Shown: positions 28,286 to 32,000 of the stretch, in pieces
Layout of the letters: each line of letters begins with the position of its first letter
How positions within the stretch are numbered: the stretch's first letter is position 1
Notes under the pieces: model-generated
Database searches by the model: none
Told to the model about the DNA's origin: nothing
What the model saw: the letters and a program-made list of their open reading frames with translations, nothing else
Position numbers and translations under genes: made by a program
Assembly (NCBI RefSeq): GCF_000008645.1
Contig: NC_000916.1
Coordinates: 540,001 to 572,000, forward strand
Source: Methanothermobacter thermautotrophicus str. Delta H
GTDB lineage: Archaea; Methanobacteriota; Methanobacteria; Methanobacteriales; Methanothermobacteraceae
Length of the DNA: 32,000 nt
Direction: 5' to 3'

Positions 28286-28711
28286 TTAATATTCGACTAT
28301 TATCTCAACCTTGAGTTCCCTGCCCTTCCTCAGATCCCTCACAAGATTCTCATCAAGATCAAATGCCGCCTTATCAGCCCGTATCATCAGCGTCCTGCTG
28401 CAGATGTAATCACTCTTCCTGCACACTATATCTGTTGGATGGTCAAGGGTGAGTTCAGGGTGCCCGTAGCCCCTTATCTCATCATAACCATTCTCTGTCC
28501 TCAGTATAACCCTGACCAGTGATGATTCACGTGCTATGGCCCTCTTCATCTCATCGGGAAGTGTTGATATGGAATCAGATGATGAAACACCTATTATACA
28601 GTCTGCTGTTTCACCTATCTCAGGGTCCACAGTGACCTCAAAGGTTGTCCTGTGGCCTGCTGTGACATTGGGATGTCCCCTTGCCCTCAGAGTATATCTC
28701 AACACTCCCAT
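28286..28711 (-). CDS. DUF371 family protein
   Basis: LRYTLRARGHPNVTAGHRTTFEVTVDPEIGETADCIIGVSSSDSISTLPDEMKRAIARESSLVRVILRTENGYDEIRGYGHPELTLDHPTDIVCRKSDYICSRTLMIRADKAA. Start at ATG 28711 preferred over 28771. Confidence 0.85.
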   Translation of the reverse strand: MGVLRYTLRARGHPNVTAGHRTTFEVTVDPEIGETADCIIGVSSSDSISTLPDEMKRAIARESSLVRVILRTENGYDEIRGYGHPELTLDHPTDIVCRKSDYICSRTLMIRADKAAFDLDENLVRDLRKGRELKVEIIVEY

Positions 28712-28776
28712 TGGATCACCATGGAAAAATTGGGTTTCTGCAGGGCCCAGAAAAAAGAGTTCAACTGGCAAAAAAT

Positions 28777-28947
28777 CTACTCTGCCTTCGTACCTCCCCA
28801 GAGGGCTACAAGCCCGATAATTATTTTAAGGGCAGCGTGCCATGCCGGGTCCTTGAGAGCCGGATACGGAATCCCAAGGTAACCCAGTATACCCATCAGT
28901 ACCAGTATTATACCAATTATATAAAGCAACCATTTTGCCACTGCCAT
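28777..28947 (-). CDS. 56-aa membrane protein missing from the ORF track
   Basis: MAVAKWLLYIIGIILVLMGILGYLGIPYPALKDPAWHAALKIIIGLVALWGGTKAE*, with GGGGGTGAT RBS before ATG 28947; resembles the protein at 29594-29791. Confidence 0.7.
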   Translation of the reverse strand: MAVAKWLLYIIGIILVLMGILGYLGIPYPALKDPAWHAALKIIIGLVALWGGTKAE

Positions 28948-29179
28948 GGTATCACCCCCACTGGTAATGGTACCCTGCAGAAACCAGAATTAATATTAAA
29001 TTGTGATGGATATAAATTTTACTAAAAGTTTCTTGCTGTGATAATAACCATTCGATTTATTACCTGAAATGAGTGTACATCATCTTAAATTAGTAAATGT
29101 TCAGCTAAGATTATTATACATGATGTACAGAAGATATGCACCTATGAAAACGCCCAGTTAAATCCAGGGAATGATGCTG

Positions 29180-29593
29180 ATGAAGGGAACGTACTGTCTC
29201 ATTATAAACTGCAGAGGGACTGAAAGGAGGATCGGAAGCCTTGGAACCGTGAGGTTCCCTCCAGGCTTCTATGTATATGTTGGTTCCGGCTTCAGCTCCC
29301 TTGAGGCGAGGATAAAAAGACACCTCAGCTCCGAGAAAAGGAGGAGGTGGCACATAGACCACTTCCTGGACGGTGCAGAGGTTGAATGTGTCCTCTACAC
29401 AACAGATAAAAGAAGACTTGAGTGTGCAGTTTCAGAGAAGCTCCATGGAGAAAAATCTGTCAGGGGCTTCGGCTGTTCAGACTGTAGTTGCAAATCACAC
29501 CTGCATCACTTCAAAAATAAAAATGATGCCACAGAATCTGTGAAGAGGGCCTTCAGGGAACTGGGAGCTGAGGTCCATGAATGGGGGATATGA
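29180..29593 (+). CDS. DUF123 (GIY-YIG-like) domain protein
   Basis: MKGTYCLIINCRGTERRIGSLGTVRFPPGFYVYVGSGFSSLEARIKRHLSSEKRRRWHIDHFLDGAEVECVLYTTDKRRLECAVSEKL...FGCSDCSCKSHLHHF. Confidence 0.87.
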   Translation: MKGTYCLIINCRGTERRIGSLGTVRFPPGFYVYVGSGFSSLEARIKRHLSSEKRRRWHIDHFLDGAEVECVLYTTDKRRLECAVSEKLHGEKSVRGFGCSDCSCKSHLHHFKNKNDATESVKRAFRELGAEVHEWGI

Positions 29594-29791
29594 CTATCCC
29601 CTCAGGAGTTTAACCCCTGCAGCCATCATCACAGCCCCAAAGATTAACTTAAGGGCTGCGTGCCATTGGGGCTCAGTTCCAAGGGCACCTGATGGGTCAA
29701 GTGCCCATACCGCCATAATCACTATCAGAAATCCAGCTGCCAGATGGAATACTCCAAGCTGCTCAAACCTCTCCATAACCATATCCTCCAT
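29594..29791 (-). CDS. Small two-TM membrane protein
   Basis: MEDMVMERFEQLGVFHLAAGFLIVIMAVWALDPSGALGTEPQWHAALKLIFGAVMMAAGVKLLRG; C-terminal half resembles the 56-aa protein at 28777-28947. Confidence 0.65.
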   Translation of the reverse strand: MEDMVMERFEQLGVFHLAAGFLIVIMAVWALDPSGALGTEPQWHAALKLIFGAVMMAAGVKLLRG

Positions 29792-29845
29792 CAGAGACCA
29801 TGAAAGACCAACCTGTGATAGGATGAATCTCAGGAACCACCTTCA

Positions 29846-30643
29846 TTAACCCTCAACCCTGAATTTTCTGAAGAATTCCTCAAACTCCTCCTGATCCATT
29901 GGTTCGGGTACCGTGAATTCAGTGTTCCTGTAGATATCCTCCGCAAGTTTCCTGTAAACAGAGGCCTGTTCAGACTCAGGGAACCGTTCTATGACAGTCC
30001 TGGCCTCAAGCTCACTCTCCTGGACAAGATTGCTTCTGGGCACAGCTCCAATCAGCCTTGAACCTATCCTTGAAGCAAATTCAGATACGATTTCCACCTC
30101 ATCCCTGATGCCCCTGCAGTTACATATGACACCTCCAAGTTTACCCTTGAGCTTCCTTATGCCCCGTGCAATGTTGTTGGCTGCGTAAAGGGACATGTAC
30201 TCACCGGATGTAACTATGTAGACCTCATCTGCAAAGTCCTCCCTCAGGGGAACTGCGAAGCCTCCGCAGACAACGTCACCAAGGACATCATAGATAACGA
30301 CATCAATGTCCTCCCTGAATACTCCAAGCCTTTCCAGGAGGTTCATTGCAACTATGACGCCCCTCCCGGCACACCCCACACCTGGTTCAGGGCCCCCTGA
30401 TTCAACGCACCTTACACCCCCAAATCCTGTGTGTATTACCTCAGAAACATCGGGTTCTCTGTTCTCCTTCAGCACATCCAGAACCGTGGGGAGCCTCTCA
30501 CCATAGAGTGTCCTTGTGGTATCTGCCTTGGGGTCACAGCCTATCACAAGGACCCTGTGCTCCGATGAATAAGCCGCTGCCATGTTTGAGACGATGGTGG
30601 ATTTACCTATACCTCCCTTACCATAGATGGCTATCCTCTTCAT
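29846..30643 (-). CDS. NifH/CfbC-family Fe-protein-like ATPase
   Basis: P-loop IAIYGKGGIGKSTIVSN, Cys ligands PGVGCAGRGV and DVLGDVVCGGFAVP; no adjacent nifDK/cfbD-like gene visible. Confidence 0.9.
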   Translation of the reverse strand: MKRIAIYGKGGIGKSTIVSNMAAAYSSEHRVLVIGCDPKADTTRTLYGERLPTVLDVLKENREPDVSEVIHTGFGGVRCVESGGPEPGVGCAGRGVIVAMNLLERLGVFREDIDVVIYDVLGDVVCGGFAVPLREDFADEVYIVTSGEYMSLYAANNIARGIRKLKGKLGGVICNCRGIRDEVEIVSEFASRIGSRLIGAVPRSNLVQESELEARTVIERFPESEQASVYRKLAEDIYRNTEFTVPEPMDQEEFEEFFRKFRVEG

Positions 30644-30661
30644 TGAGACACCACTGAGCGA

Positions 30662-31135
30662 TCACTTAACAAAGGCCCCTATTATATCTCCCCTCGTTAT
30701 TATTCCGGCCAGCCTTCCATTCTCATCAATCACTGGCAGTCTCTTGATGTCATGCCTTTCCATGAGCTCAGCTGCATCTGAGACCGAGGCGTGTGGGGGC
30801 ACGGTTACAACCTTAGGGGTCATTATCTCCTCCACGCGCATGACCGCAGCCTTCCTTATACCCCTCGCTATCTCATCATATTCGTGTTTCATGCGGAGGG
30901 GGAGTTCAAGGAGGTCCAGTGGTGAGGGCATGATGAGGTTAAGGCTGGGGGAGTGGACCTCTATGAGCCTCATTATATCTCCCTCACTGATGATACCCAC
31001 AAGTTTCCCGTCCTCGTCCACAACCGGGGCACCGCTTATCCTGTTCTCCCTGAGTACCCTTGCCGCATCATGGATACTGCTGGTTCTCTTAACGGTTATA
31101 ACATCGCTCTGCATAGCATCCTTTACCCTTATCAT
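30662..31135 (-). CDS. CBS-domain pair protein
   Basis: MIRVKDAMQSDVITVKRTSSIHDAARVLRENRISGAPVVDEDGKLVGIISEGDIMRLI...MRVEEIMTPKVVTVPPHASVSDAAELMERHDIKRLPVIDENGRLAGIITRGDIIG; GGTGAA RBS before ATG 31135. Confidence 0.92.
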   Translation of the reverse strand: MIRVKDAMQSDVITVKRTSSIHDAARVLRENRISGAPVVDEDGKLVGIISEGDIMRLIEVHSPSLNLIMPSPLDLLELPLRMKHEYDEIARGIRKAAVMRVEEIMTPKVVTVPPHASVSDAAELMERHDIKRLPVIDENGRLAGIITRGDIIGAFVK

Positions 31136-31280
31136 CTCTTCACCCATCTTTAATATGTGGACCATCACTTTTAAAAATAACAGTCCCCCTCCACATACTG
31201 ACCTGGAAAGATGATGTTTAGGAGGCCAGAAAAAAGGAACAACTGGAACATTGAAGGTGGGTTTTTCAGAAACCGGGTTC

Positions 31281-32000
31281 TCAGGAATCAGGCCTCTTAA
31301 CTCTCCTGTAGACAAGATCCCCTGGCCGGACCCTGTCCTCAACAAGGAGGCCAACCTCCCCACCTTCAGCCACCTCTACCGATTCCCCCTCTATCTGGAG
31401 GGACTTAACACGCTGTATGAGGGCCCCGGTGGTTTTTCCCTGGATTATAACCTCATCACCCACCCTGAGGGGTCTCCATAGTCGTAGTCTTGCTGCACCG
31501 ACCTTCCTGTAGTAATTAACTACCTCTCCAATGTCCTCCTTGATGTATTCGGATATGTTTCCGCTGCTACCGTTCTCAGGTTCGCTGAAATAGAATCCCG
31601 TGCTGAAGCCCCTGTTGAAGACCTTTCTAAGTTCACTGAGCCAGCGCTCCTCAAATCTCCACTCACCACTGAGGTACCTGTCCAGGGCCTCCCTGTAGAC
31701 ACCTGTCACCGTTGCAACGTAATCAGCAGGGCGCCCTCGACCCTCAATTTTAAGTGCATGGACACCTGCATCAACAAGTTCAGGTATGTGCTCGATCATG
31801 CAGAGATCCGCGGGACTCAGGAGGTAGCTCCTTACAGCCTCTGAAGCTGACACCTCAAGGTCGAATTCACCGTCCTCGGATACCAGTCTCCAGCTCTTCC
31901 TGCAGGGCTGCAGGCAGTCACCACAGTTTGCACTTCTGCCATAGAGGTAGGAACTCAGGTAGCACCTCCCTGAGATGGCGGTGCAGAGGGCTCCGTGAAC
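31281..32000 (-). CDS. U32-family peptidase, C-terminal part (runs off window end)
   Basis: Frame open to the window edge: [109 protein letters not shown], typical of U32 proteases. Confidence 0.93.
   Translation of the reverse strand, partial: VHGALCTAISGRCYLSSYLYGRSANCGDCLQPCRKSWRLVSEDGEFDLEVSASEAVRSYLLSPADLCMIEHIPELVDAGVHALKIEGRGRPADYVATVTGVYREALDRYLSGEWRFEERWLSELRKVFNRGFSTGFYFSEPENGSSGNISEYIKEDIGEVVNYYRKVGAARLRLWRPLRVGDEVIIQGKTTGALIQRVKSLQIEGESVEVAEGGEVGLLVEDRVRPGDLVYRRVKRPDS

Noticed and set aside
30627-31214. 195-aa plus-strand ORF
   Set aside because: Antisense to the CBS-domain gene; Ser-rich composition typical of shadow ORFs.

Overview
The window looks like an ordinary chromosomal segment of a thermophilic, hydrogenotrophic methanogen. 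Protein content, gene order and archaeal RBS/TATA signals suggest Methanothermobacter, but this is inferred from memory and was not searched. I find about 33 protein-coding genes, one tRNA-Leu(GAG), and no rRNA, CRISPR array, IS element or prophage. Recognisable genes: a NikR-like regulator divergent from a ZnuABC-type metal transporter, an LSm-like small protein, rpiA, UPF0179, egsA, proS, cofC, thiD, purA, an archaeal wHTH-AAA ATPase, ogt, a membrane PAS histidine kinase, a CBS-MgtE protein, a tandem rhodanese, two CPBP proteases, a GerW/YtfJ-DUF2953 cluster, galE, galU, DUF167, DUF371, DUF123, a NifH-like protein, a CBS protein, and a partial U32 peptidase. The best leads are: (1) a gene overlapping galE that encodes a ribokinase-like domain with an apparently lost catalytic Asp (GCGSAF) fused to an AAA-type ATPase, followed by a TPR-CPBP protease gene and convergent galU; (2) an EamA-type transporter gene cleanly interrupted by one in-frame TAG; (3) two related tiny membrane proteins sharing a 'WHAALK' signature, one absent from the ORF track; (4) an archaeal GerW/YtfJ-like + DUF2953 cluster with an apparent 1-nt frame problem at the DUF2953 start and a miniature GerW-like ORF; (5) a 45-bp near-tandem repeat with GTGTA-CA-TACAC dyads between ogt and the histidine kinase gene. 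No clear defence system or mobile island is visible.
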